Positions 14,230 to 26,264 of a stretch of DNA of 64,000 bases are shown here, one piece after another. The position numbers and the translations under genes were made by a program. The notes beneath the pieces are model-generated. The model did not search any database and was not told where the DNA came from. It saw only the letters and a list, made by a program, of their open reading frames with translations. Source of the DNA: the human T2T-CHM13v2.0 reference genome, Homo sapiens; assembly GCF_009914755.1 (NCBI RefSeq), contig NC_060928.1. The stretch is one strand, 5' to 3'. The first letter of the stretch is position 1, and each line of letters opens with the position of its first letter.

Positions 14230-14406
14230 TTATATATATATTTATATATATATATATATTTATATATATTTATATATATATATTTATATATATTTATATA
14301 TATATATTTATATATATTTATATATATTTATATATATATATTTATATATATTTATATATATATTTATATGTATATATCTATGTATCTCTCTCTATATATA
14401 TTATAT
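14170..14406. repeat. (CT)n followed by long interrupted (TA)n/(TATATATT)n microsatellite
   Basis: Direct reading. Confidence 0.97.
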
Positions 14407-14529
14407 GAGAAAATAAAGTGTCAAACATTTCAAGACTTATAATTATGAAAATTAAGGTGTTTAACTGGGTTAAAATAAGGCAATAGTTTATTTCTACACT
14501 GCATGTAAGAAGGAGATTCTTTGAATTAT

Positions 14530-15240
14530 AGTGTCATTTAAATAAAACTGTTTGCTAATATTTGTTGCTCCCCTATCTTATGCCAAGCACGATGGTAGGT
14601 AGTGAGGATTCGAAACTATAAACAGTAGTCCCTTATGCATCCGACATTCCTTTTAAGAAATAAAAAGATGAATTCAAATCCATTCATCCATTGTATGTTC
14701 ATTCACTCAATAACCAGGTATTGAGTACCCACTCTACACCAAACATTCTTCTAAGCTTTATGGCACAGAAGTGAGCAGGAGAGAAAAAATGTCTTTCATG
14801 TTAGCAAGACAGGCAGACACATCAACATACACATACATAAATAATTGTGATTTAAGGCCAAAAATAAGAGGCTGAGACAGAGAATACAATGATTGGGTGG
14901 ATTGTGGTACTTTGGTAAGATCTTTCTAAGACAATATCCATTTAAGCAGAGATGGTAACATGTGTGTGCGAGGTGCTATGGAAATACAGAGGACAACCAC
15001 TTGCTTCGACTTGGGCAAGTCTGAAAAGGTTTCTAAGCCAGATGTCATGACTGAGAGACAAATAATACTTAAAGCACTCCCGGGGAAGAAGAAGGCAGTC
15101 CAGTCAGGGGAATGATATAATAAAGGTAGAGAAGGATGATTAAGTATACCATGAGCCACAGCATAAGGTGTTCAGTTGGGAGGCTGGAGGGTGGTATAAG
15201 ATGAGATTGAAGAGGGGCTTAGAAGCCTTATTAGGGAGCC
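14530..15240. mobile_element. L2 remnants
   Basis: cattcactcaataaccaggtattgagtacccactctacaccaaacatt and similar L2 3'-end motifs. Confidence 0.55.
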
Positions 15241-16898
15241 CTCTGAAATTACCACAGACAGGATTTGCTGTCATCATTAGCTGTGTTGCCTGATATGAGC
15301 ATACCACCTTCTTAAAATATCAAGCTTCTCATTCTGGGTGTAAATCTGTATTGTTTGTCTCCTGTCACACAATCATGAGGAACACTGTCTAAAAAAGACT
15401 TGTTTGTTTACATGAGTTTACAAGAAATCATGTATCAGGGGAAGTTCATTTGGGAAATGTGGACAGTAGAAATTGAGAAAATATTTGTTTTTCAAAAACA
15501 TTAAGAAGGAGTGCTTTACAAATCCTTATCACATTGGAGAGTCTACTTCAGGCATCTTAGGACAGAATGATGGGATAGGGGTATCAAGAACAGGCCAATT
15601 CATTTTCTTTCCTGAAGGGAGAGAGATACCACAGTAAATTTATCTATGTCACAGAAACTAAGTAGTTAATTAATTCCTTTGACAAAATATTTATTGGGCA
15701 ACTAGAATGTGTTAGTCACAGTGATAGGTGTTATTCTTTCTGCATTTGATGTGTAGTGACTTTATAAAGCTATTGATTTTTACACTCAAGCCTGTTCACA
15801 ATCACTTCTTAGTTAATTTTTTACATTTTCCTCCTCTACTGCAAAGGTGAACCTAATTAGTTGTGGATCTGACAGAGGGATTCCTCTTGTTGTCATTCTT
15901 TTCCTTATATACTTTGGAGAATTTTGTCTTAAACTATAATAGACATATTATTAAAATTAAAATAGAAAAGAAAAAAGAAAACTAATCAGGAAGAATTTGC
16001 TTTTGTTGTTTTGTGCTTAGTAATTGCTTTGGTGGAGTTCAAGAGAATTATGTCTAACTGAAGTCCTTTTAAACTGCTAACACTTATTAGAGTGGACAAA
16101 AGTACAAGTTACCAAGCAGAAAACAATCTCTAGAGTTTATTAACTTTAGCCAATTTTCCAATGGATGCTGTGGGCCACATACAGAACCCATGAGTTATTA
16201 CTTTTATATTAAAGGAATAACATATCCTTTGGTTAAACAAAAAAGATATAGAAAAATTGAGACTAAGTTAGATTTTTGGTGAATATGGTGATCAGATTGA
16301 TACTAAAAAATTAAACGTTAACATTTTAAAATTGTGGTTATTTCGACATATTTTTAAATCTTAATTTTGAGGCATAAAAGATCTGAACAATTATCTCGTA
16401 ACAGCTAATTCTAAAGTGAGCACCAATACAGAAACAGAGGCTTCTAAAAGTTTGACTCAACCACTTTCTCACAGCTTATTTGTGGTGCTGACCCTAGATA
16501 AGTTATTAAATTTTGTAATGCCTAGGCGAAAGGTTGCTCCATTCACAACAACCAGAACACTTTCCTTTGCACTTAGGATGATCACAAACTCTTTTTTTTG
16601 TCTTTCTAGTTTACATGTATTATTGCATATTGTTCAAGAAATGTATTATTTATAATTTCTACAACTGTGGTAGTCTCATTACTTGCTCAAATTCACATAA
16701 GACAATGATGGAACTAAAATCTATATGTTCTGATACTCAGTGCAGTGGTAAATGCAGCAATCTGCTTTTCTGTTATTATTAAGTAGAAAAAATAAATATA
16801 ACCAAATCCTTCTTTGATGATTGAAAATGTGAGATATGCCTTGTATTTTCAATTTCCATTCATATAACTTTGATTGAACAGTATTAGAGTTATAGAAG

Positions 16899-17042
16899 TG
16901 TCGTGAGTTTAATTTTGTTCCCCAAAATGTTATATTTTAGCCCCAGTACTCGTGAACATGACTTTACTTGGAAATGAGATATTTGCAGATATCGTGCTAG
17001 ATGGGAGACCATGCAGGATTAGAGTGAGCCCTAAATCCAATG
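16899..17042 (+). mobile_element. MLT1 LTR 5' portion, truncated
   Basis: ccccagtactc...gactttacttggaaatgagatatttgcagat...ggattagagtgagccctaaatccaatg; similarity ends abruptly. Confidence 0.7.
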
Positions 17043-17611
17043 CAAAGGTAAGTATTACCACTATTTATCAGAAAAAGCTGGCACTATAAAGTACAGTATT
17101 GACCCAGTGCAATACTCTCTGCTGAAGATATTGCTCCACTGAGTTTTTTTAATGTAAAACTCACTTTATTATCTTTATATTTTCTATAAAATAAAGTTGT
17201 TAGATTAATAATCCATAAGAATGTCATTGTTTAGATATATATTAATTTTGATAAATTATTTGAGCAAATATTGCATTATTTGCATTGAATAGGTAGGTGG
17301 TGTCACTGCTCATTAAATATTCTTTGTCCAAAGGCTGTTAATCAGTGACTTATCATTAACATTTCTTTCAAACGTGCTACAAACTATTAAGTTTGTCTCC
17401 CTCCTATTCTTCTCAAAACTTATTACTTTATTCAAAATCATGCATGTTCTATTTGAAGATCCATTTCTCTTTTCAGTACCACCCTTCTCCACTAGCCTAA
17501 TCACATTATTCCTATTTTCAACATCTGGAATCCAAATCCGTAATGAAAATGGAATATCTAAGAAATAATAATCTCAAAAGATATTCCATTTTTCTTCTTC
17601 CTTACTCCTAG

Positions 17612-17892
17612 TCAAGCCTAGGGTGAACGTCTCCCCATCCAAGAAGGGTCCTCTGAAGCACCACAACCTGTTTGTCTGCCACGTGACAGATTTCTATCCA
17701 GGCAGCATTCAAGTCTGATGGTTCCTGAATGGAAAGGAGGAAATAGCTGGGGTTGTGTCCACCAACATGATTCATAATGAGACTAGACCTTCCAGATCCC
17801 AGTGATGCTGGAAATGAGCCACCAGCAGGGAGACATCTACACCTGCCAAGTGAAGCACCCTAGCCTGGACAGTCCTGTCACCACGGAGTGGA
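17612..17892 (+). pseudogene. Isolated MHC class II DP beta-chain exon 3 (beta-2 Ig C1 domain), disabled, unprocessed fragment
   Basis: Translates (V)[90 protein letters not shown], closely matching the HLA-DPB beta-2 domain. Polypyrimidine tract plus AG at 17610-11 and GTGAGT donor at 17893. TGA at 17716, a 1-bp deletion near 17780 and TAG at 17784. Length 281 bp versus the canonical 282. Confidence 0.95.
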
Positions 17893-18416
17893 GTGAGTTA
17901 GTCTCTGATGACCCTCTAAACCCCACCTCTGAAGAGCAGGGGACTCTCTGGCTCTGGGGTCCACTCATCTTGTCTTCTGTGTCTATACTCTGGGGCCATG
18001 GCTGACCCCATCTTTCTTCTATACCAGTTCCTGAGAGTGGTTTCAACCTGGGGCAGTGGAGACTTGCCTGTCTTTGGCCTAGGGGATCCTGAGGATTCAC
18101 AGTTTTCCCACTCATCAGAGTCTAGGGACAGAGACACCTTCTTGAACTGACCTCACACATGGGAACTGTTCTCTTTCTTCAGCCTTTTATCCTATTCTGA
18201 GTTATTTTGAGAGACAACTGCTGAATTCTGCATTTGTGCCTTGTTGAGATCACACCATATGTTTCAGAATTAAGGGAGTGGCTTTTTCTCAATTTCCTCT
18301 TATGCAAGGTGTACCCCCCTCACTGTACTTGTGCCAATATCCTACAACAGGCTGCAAGATACCAGACAGGATGTGAGCAGGGGCGCAGCTGGTGGAGGTG
18401 ACAATGACCCTGGGTC
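17893..18416 (+). pseudogene. DP-beta intron 3-like sequence accompanying the orphan exon
   Basis: GC-richer block following the donor site that resembles my recollection of HLA-DPB intron 3 (tctctgatgaccctct..., cagctggtggaggtgaca...ctgggtc). No exon 4 (TM) follows; the sequence reverts to AT-rich DNA. Confidence 0.7.
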
Positions 18417-19739
18417 AGCTTATAGAAACTCAGCTCCACTGAGTTTCTATAAAGTAGCAGCTTTTTGTACCTGCATAGAAATAGCCAGAATGATAAATAA
18501 TTCCATCATCTATGATCACTTCTATTCCAACATCCAATTTTAGTTGCCAAAAGATTGGAGACTACTGGTAAATCACAGGAAAAATAAATCGTAGTCTGCA
18601 TTTCTTTTGTAGTATTCATAAAATTTCTATATCCATCAAAACTTTGTACTTTTCTGATTTCCATAATTACATTATTGGTTGAGAATCTAATCATTGGACT
18701 ACACAATATAACACAAAATAAGCAAGCAAGGAAACTAACAAAAACAAACTATTTTTCCTTACTTTGTTACTATCATTCCAACTTCAAGCAACAGAGACAT
18801 GTAATTTCCATTTTTGTTTTAATAAGTGTCTTTAATGTTGCCATACAAAAATAATATCCATGATTTCCATGTTACTGAGATGTTATCTAAAAATAAACAT
18901 GCGTCTTCTAATATTCTCCTTTCTTTAGAAAGCACAAACATTGAACCATTCTATCCAAGACCAAATTTGGTTAAGTAGCCAAGCTCCCCAAAGTCAGCTG
19001 TTATTACTTTCTTCTCCTCCATGAAGTTTCAATAGCTTCATGATATATTCACATTTGCCAGCTTGAAAAAGAGTCTTCTTCACTGAGTGTGACAGGGAGT
19101 AGTGAATCTGTTCATTGTGAAAGTTTTTCTACAGCAGGATAAGACACAGCCCTGGTACCTGGGATAGCCACTGGCAGAGAGCATTATCCAACAATATGCT
19201 GCATGCAGTTTAACCTTGTTTTTACTCCACAGTCATGAGGCATGAATTCACTGTACTTGCTTCACCAACACAGGTTTAAAAAACATGCTGCAATTGCCTC
19301 TTTTATTAAACACAAATGAACACCTTAGACCCCGGGACAGGTAAGAAGAAATTTCCTGTACTTAGGAAATATTTTCATTTAATAGCAGCAGTGAGAACTC
19401 AGCCTCTGTACTTGGTATTAGAGCACCTTTTGTTTACTCCAAAATGTGAAAACAATTAACAAACATTATTAATAAGAGATATTAGAATTTGGAATGTTCT
19501 TTTAAAAATACTATATTTTATGAGGATTATACTCTTTGAGCCTTGTAGATCAAGGAGGAGATTAAAGAGATCTTTAGAAAGAAGGGAAGAGTCTGCTTCT
19601 TCCTGTAGAAATCTTTTAAAATCTGAGTGTTGTAGGGACGTATTATATTCTAACTCTGCCTCCAAAAAAGCAGCTGATATTTATGAAGCAAATTGTGAAA
19701 GTGAACATTTTTTATTGAGCTCCTTTAGTAGGTATTCAC

Positions 19740-19900
19740 AGCCACCCTTCCAGGTACGTATTCATTTTGCATATGAGAAAACTAAGGCTTGGTTAGTTTA
19801 AATGAACAACCTTTCCAACCCCACGCATTCTATCCAAGACCATACGTTAGTAGTAGCAGAACCGAGATTCCAAACTAGAGCTGTTCTAATTACTATGTTT
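19740..19900. mobile_element. MIR fragment
   Basis: cattttgcatatgagaaaactaaggctt...gttagtagtagcagaaccgagattccaaactag. Confidence 0.65.
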
Positions 19901-21664
19901 CTACTATTTTCTATATACCTATTGCAAAAAAACTATGCTGGATTTGTCATATAAAAATTTAAAGTATAAAACAATTTTATGTACTCAAAAAGTTTAAAGT
20001 ACACTGTATACATAGCAGATAAGTTATAAAATGTGTAAAACTATAAGAGATAATAGAGCTTCCATGGCATAATCATGGTCAATCACAGACAAATTTGTCT
20101 CAAGACCTTAGATTGTGAATAGCAATCTGACTTATTTACATCAATTATCAGGTGAGTTTTTTGATAACTATCTTCTATTATTCCTTTTGCATTTAATGAA
20201 ATTTCTAAAATACTAATGATAATGTGATTTATATACAAACAACTAGGTCAATTTGGTACCTACCTACACAATTTTTAGATATCTTCTTTTTTAATTTTTT
20301 TTTCTTAAGGAAAAAATAACCTCCCAAAAATGGCTGACAATGTTATGGCTCCTGGTGATGAGTGGAGATGTGCTCAGTGTGCTCCCTATTAATGAAAAAG
20401 TGACATAAAAAAATGACTTGCACTCAAAGAAGTGATGCACACTCCATCACACATCAAGTGGAGTTATAAGTCATTGCTCTGAGTTTTTAAAAAAATGGCC
20501 TGGGTTAAATTAAATACATGGCCTTTTACAAATCACTTACTTTTTTCAATTTCATTTTGACAATTTGATGATTTAAATATTTTTATAGCTTCAAGGTATA
20601 ATATGTTCTGAGTGTTGAATGGGTTGATGAAACATTAGAATGACAGGTTCTGGACAATCTCTTCCAGCATTTTAGCAGATGCTAATTGTGCAAATGGTCT
20701 TGACAGCCAGTGAAAGACACTTTTCTCAGTTCTTGAATGATGTCTGTTTCCCTGTCAGTTAGCTGAAGACATCACTGAAGGCCACTACCATACTGACAGC
20801 AGACTTCAAGGGGAAAAGCAGACCTAATAAATACTTTATTCCACCCACAAACTTCTTTCTCTTAACGTGTTATTTTATTAAGAACACAAGCAGATATTTA
20901 TTATATGTACCAAGTCACAAACCACCATGAATTCTGCTGAAACGTGAGACCATAATCACTTTTTAAAGTTTACATGCCATAAAAGGAAAATGAAAGTTCC
21001 ACGACTACCACATGAATTTCATGTTTTGACAGTTCTTAATATTTTGAAAAGATAACATTATTTATCATCAAACTCAGGCTTCCCAAATTTGTGGTCATAT
21101 AAGCAAATATTTGTGTCTCATTTATCTTTTCATTTTATGGGAACATTTTCAGAAAAGTGATAAAATGTTAGTTTCACTAATTTATCAGAGCATTAAAAAA
21201 ATAATGGCACAATATTTCTTTTCTTTTATTGTTCTCAGGCCCTTGACCTTTTTGTCTCTAACTTGTCTGGAAGACATTGAAAATGGAATTCTTTCCAGAT
21301 ATATTTTCCTTCAACCTTAAATATTCTGTTTTCATTGGTATAATTTAGCTTTAGGAAAAGGTCCAAACCATGCTGATAACTTTTTATCTAAATGTTTTTA
21401 ACTTTTATCTAAAATAGACCATTTAAAGTGAGTCTATTAGGTCTTATACACAATGCTGGGCACTTTCATATACAGTTGACATTTGAATGCACACAGTCTT
21501 TTGTGTTTCCTTGTGTTGCAAAGAATATAAATGAAATTCACAGAGGTTAAATGACCTTCTCCAAGTATATGTAATTAATAAGTGTAAGAGACAGGACTGA
21601 GGCTTCTTTTTGTCCAATAATTAATTAGTCTTTTATCTCACTAATGTCATACATATGCCATACT

Positions 21665-21860
21665 GTGGAGTTGCAGTTAAGATCACACACTCTTGAATCA
21701 GTCTGCCTTAGTTAAAATTTCAGCTTCGTCAATTACTAGCTATGTCACCTTGGTAATGTTTCTTAGACTGTCTATGCCTCAATTTTCTTACTACTAAATG
21801 AGATAGTAGTAATTAGCTTTTAGAGATTCTGTGGGATTAAATTAATACACATAAAGCCCA
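21665..21860. mobile_element. MIR fragment
   Basis: cagcttcgtcaattactagctatgtcaccttggtaatg...ctatgcctcaattttctt...taaatgagatag. Confidence 0.7.
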
Positions 21861-22025
21861 TTGAAGTTGTTATTATTATTACATTATCACTACCTACTCA
21901 GTGCTAAACTGACTCAACTGTTTTTTCTCTATCAGGATATTTTCATTAAGACCTAGACTTATATATCCAAACACATCCTCAAAATCTTTACTTGGTTGTC
22001 TCAAAGACATCCTCACTTACTCTAT

Positions 22026-23038
22026 TGAGAAAGAGAAAACCAGCCTCCAATATCCAGGGCCTGACCTGGCATTATCACCTGCTGGGTCTTGAAGCTACTA
22101 TGAGCTGGCCTGGCACTCACAGAGGGACCATGGTGTTCTCCTCTTCACCATAAACAATTTTACAGAACGCCTATAGCAGACAAGGCCACTCTGTGACTCT
22201 GGTGGATCAAGACACAATAAGGCCACTTTGTAATCCAATCTGAGTACAGAAAAAAACATGACAATTTTCCAAACTACAAAAATGACCATACATCTCAATA
22301 TCCTCATTAATATGAATCACTGCTGTTTTATTAACCAAGTTGGTTTTATTCCATTCTTCCTTTATCTTAAAGAAGAATGATTCAGATGATCATAGAATTG
22401 CTTCTTCTGACAAAGAGTATCCAATTCAGAACAAATCTCTGCTTTCTTATACCTTCCTCAAATCACCCAACACAAACCACACAACGAATAATTCCCTTTT
22501 CAAATGCATTTACTGAGATGATCCACAGCTCTCCATAGTGTGTGCTCTCCCTTGTCTTTGTCTGTTTAGTGTCGTTATATAGGAATACTCAAGGCTAGGT
22601 ATTTACAAAGAGGTTTATTTGGCTCAAGATTCTGCTGGCTGGAAGATTGGGCATCTGGTGAAAAGTCTCAGGCTGCTTCTACTCATGGTGGAAGATGTAG
22701 GGGAACCAGCATGCTCAGGGAGCACACAGTGCCAGAGAAAGCAAGAAGGAGCCGGGAGGGGCCAGCCTCTTTTTAACTACAAGCTCTGGAGGGAACTAAT
22801 AGAACAAGAACTCACCACCGCTTCCCTCAGGGAAGGCATTCATCTATTCAAGAGGGATCCACCCCCATGAACTAAACACCTCTAATTAGACCCTTACTCC
22901 AACATTGAGTATCAAATTTCGACATGATGCTTGAGAGAACATCCAAACTGTAGCATCCCTCATTGCCAGGATTAAATAATCCCAACTTTATTCAGATAAA
23001 GCTGTGCTCTTTGTGGTTTTTGGCTACAAGGTATTGAT
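22026..23038 (+). mobile_element. ERV-type LTR (MER39/MER21-like), interrupted by a MaLR LTR
   Basis: LTR-like sequence ending ...tgtgctctttgtggtttttggctacaaggtattgata; subfamily tentative. Confidence 0.5.
22553..22955 (-). mobile_element. MST/MLT1A-type MaLR solo LTR
   Basis: TG...CA termini with 5-bp TSD tccct (22548-52 / 22956-60); MST-like body. Confidence 0.85.
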
Positions 23039-24363
23039 AATATCCAAAAATACCTCCAAAATGATCTATCCCAGACCTGATATATTCTCCTTTTGTGTAG
23101 TTTGAGCCGAATAGAAGCCTATGAGTCATCTTCAATCCCTCCAATTCTTTTATTTTCCATGTCTAATCTATGACTGAATTATTTTTATTCCCATGACAGC
23201 AGTTGTTTAAATTGTCTAAGTTACTATCATCACTTACTTGAACAAATTCTATAGCCCTTTAACTAACCTCTCATGACTCACTTTTATTTCAATTGGAGAG
23301 ATTTTTCTATAGAACCAATATTATCATATCTCTCCTTTGCTTATTACTTTTAAATTACAATCGTGTGCTGCATGATGACATTTTCTTCAATGACATGGTC
23401 CCATAAGATTATAATGGAGCTAAAACATTCCTATTGTTTAGTGATGTTGTAGCCACCTTAACAACCTGATGCAAAGCATTATTCACATTTTTTGGGTAAT
23501 GCTGCTGTAAACAAATCTATTATGCTGTCATTCATTTAAAAGTATAATAAATACAATTGTGTACAGTACTTAATACTTGGTAATAAATGACTATGTTAAA
23601 GGTTTATGTATTTACTATAGTATACTTTTTATTGTTATTTTAGAGGGTGCTCCTTCTACTTATATACAGAAAAAGTTAACTATAAAAGAGCTTCAGGCAG
23701 GTCCTTCAGGAAGTATCCAAAAGAAGGCATAGTTACCAAAGGAGATGGCAGCTCCATGCATGTTATTGCCCCTGAAAACCTTCCAATGGGAAGATATAGA
23801 GGTGTGAAACAGCAATAATGATGATCCTGATCCTGCATAGGCTAATATGTGTGTTTGTGTCAAAACAGAAACACAAAGTTTAAAAAGCAGGAAAAAATTT
23901 AAAAAAAGAAAAATAGTTTATAAGATAAGGATAAAAAGAAAATGTTTTGTACAGATGTACAACATGTTTGTGTTTAAGCTGTGTTATTACAAAAAAATCA
24001 AAAATTAAAAAGTAAACAGCTTATAAATTTAAAAGTTTTAGCAAGCTAAGGTTAATTTACCTTTGAAGAAATAAAACAATATTTAATAAATTTAGTACAG
24101 CCTAAATGTACCTTGCTTATAAAGCATAGATTAATGTACAATAATGTCATAGGCTGACAGGGTTTGTATTTCTGACAGTGCCCAAATCTCATGTCAAGTT
24201 GTAATATCCAGTGTTAGAGGAGGGGCCTGGTGGGAGGTGACTTTTTCTCATGATGATGAGTGAGTTCTCACAAGACCTGTTTATTTAAAAATGTGTGGCA
24301 TCTCCCCTTTCTCTCTCTTTTTCCTGCTCTGGCCATGTAAGACGTGACTCCTTCCTCTTCTTG

Positions 24364-24406
24364 AAAGTAATGGCAAAAACAGCAATTACTTTTGCCCCAA
24401 CCAAAT
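24364..24406. mobile_element. Half MADE1 (Hsmar1-derived mini-element)
   Basis: aaagtaatggcaaaaacagcaattacttttgccccaaccaaata corresponds to the right TIR half of MADE1. Confidence 0.85.
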
Positions 24407-25030
24407 AATAGCCAAGACAATGGGGAAAATGCCTTAGAGGAATTTCAGAGGCCTTCCCATCACGGGCCTGGAAGTCTAGGAGGGAAGAATGGTTTCCAGG
24501 GCCAGAACCAGGGCCTGGCTGCCCTGTACACCTTCAAAACATTGCTCCCTGAATCCTAGCTGCTCTCACTCCAGCTGTGGCTAAAAAGGCCCCAGATATG
24601 TCTCAGGCTGCTTCTCTGGAGGTTGTGAGTCATAAGCCTCGGTGGCTTCCATGTGATATTAAGCCTGCAGATGTGCAGAGAGCAAGAATTGACGCTTTGG
24701 AGCCTTCACTTAGATTTCACAGGATGTACATCCAGGCAGAAGTCTGCTGCAGGGGCAGAGCCCTAATGGAGAACCTCTACTAGGGCAGTGTGGAGGGGAA
24801 ATGTGGATTTGGGACCTGCACACAGAGTGCACCTTGGGGCACTGTCTAGGGTAGCTGTGAGAAGAGGGTCACCATCCTCCAGACCCCAGAATGGTAGATC
24901 CACCTACAGCTTGCACAGTACACCTGGAAAAGCCACAGGCACTCAATGCCAGCCCATGAAGGCAGCCGTGCGCACTGTATCCTGCAGAGCCACAGGCCAC
25001 AGGAGTGGAGCTGCCCAAGGCCTTGTGAGC

Positions 25031-25393
25031 TGTATTAGTCATTTTCATGCTGGTGATAAAGACATACTTGAGACTGGGCAATTTACAGAAGAAAGAGGTT
25101 TAATGGACTCACAATTCCACATGACTGGGGAGACCTCACAATCATGGCAGAAGGTGAAAGGCATGTCTCACACGGAGACAGACAAGAGAAGAAAATGAGA
25201 GCCAAGTGAAAGGGGTTTCCCCTTATAAAACCATCAGATCCCATGAGACTTTTTTATTACCATGAGAACAGTATGGGAGAAACTGTCCTCATGATTCAAC
25301 TATCTCCCACTGGGTCCCTCTCACAACAAGTGGGAATTATGGGAGCTACAATTCAAGATGAAATTTGTATGGGGATACAGCCAAACCATATCA
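25031..25393 (-). mobile_element. THE1 solo LTR nested in the MST internal region
   Basis: tgtattagtc...gataaagacatacttgagactggg...ccaaaccatatca; TSD tgagc/ggagc. Confidence 0.9.
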
Positions 25394-25963
25394 GGAGCCC
25401 ATCGCTTGCATCAGTGTGGCCTGGATGTCAGACATGGAGTCAAAGGAGTTTATTTTGGAGTTTTAAGATTTAATGACTGCCTACTGGGTTTTGGACTTGC
25501 ATAGCATGTTTAGCCCCTTGTTTTGGCCAATTTCTCCCATTTGGAAGGGGAGCATTTACCCAAAGCCTGTACCTTCATTATATCTTGGAAGTAACTAACT
25601 TGCTTTTGATTTTACAGGCTCAGAGGCTCAAGAGACTTGCCTTGTCTCAGATGAGACTTTGGAATGTGGATTTCGAGTTAATGCTGAAATGAATTAAGAC
25701 TTTGGTGACTTTGGGTGACTGTTGGGAAGGCATGATTGTATTTTTCAATGTGAGAAGGAAGTAGGATTTCTGAGGGACCCAGGGTGGAATGATATGGGTT
25801 GTATTTGTGTCTCAGCCCAAATCTCATGTTGTATTGTAATCCCCAGTGTTGGAGGAGGGGCCTGATCAGGGTAATTCGATCATAAGAGCTGATTTCCCCT
25901 TTGCTGTTCTCATAATAACGAGTGAGTTCTCATGAAATCTCATTGTTTAAAAGTGTGTCGCAA

Positions 25964-26264
25964 GGCCGGGCGCGGTGGCTCACGCCTGTAATCCCAGCAC
26001 TTTGGGAGGCCGAGGCAGGCGGATCATGAGGTCAGGAGATCGAGACCATCCTGGCTAACAAGGTGAAACCCCGTCTCTACTAAAAGTACAAAAAATTAGC
26101 CGGGCGCGGTGGCGGGCACCTGTAGTCCCAGCTACTCGGGAGGCTGAGGCAGGAGAATGGCGGGAACCCCGGGAGGCGGAGCTTGCAGTGAGCCGAGATT
26201 GCGCCACTGCAGTCCGCAGTCCGGCCTGGGCGACAGAGCGAGACTCCGTCTCAAAAAAAAAAAA
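25964..26264 (+). mobile_element. AluYb-lineage element (lacks two Yb8 diagnostic positions)
   Basis: 7-bp duplication gcagtccgcagtccggcc; TSD aaaagtgtgtcgcaa 25949-63 / 26265-79. Confidence 0.95.
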
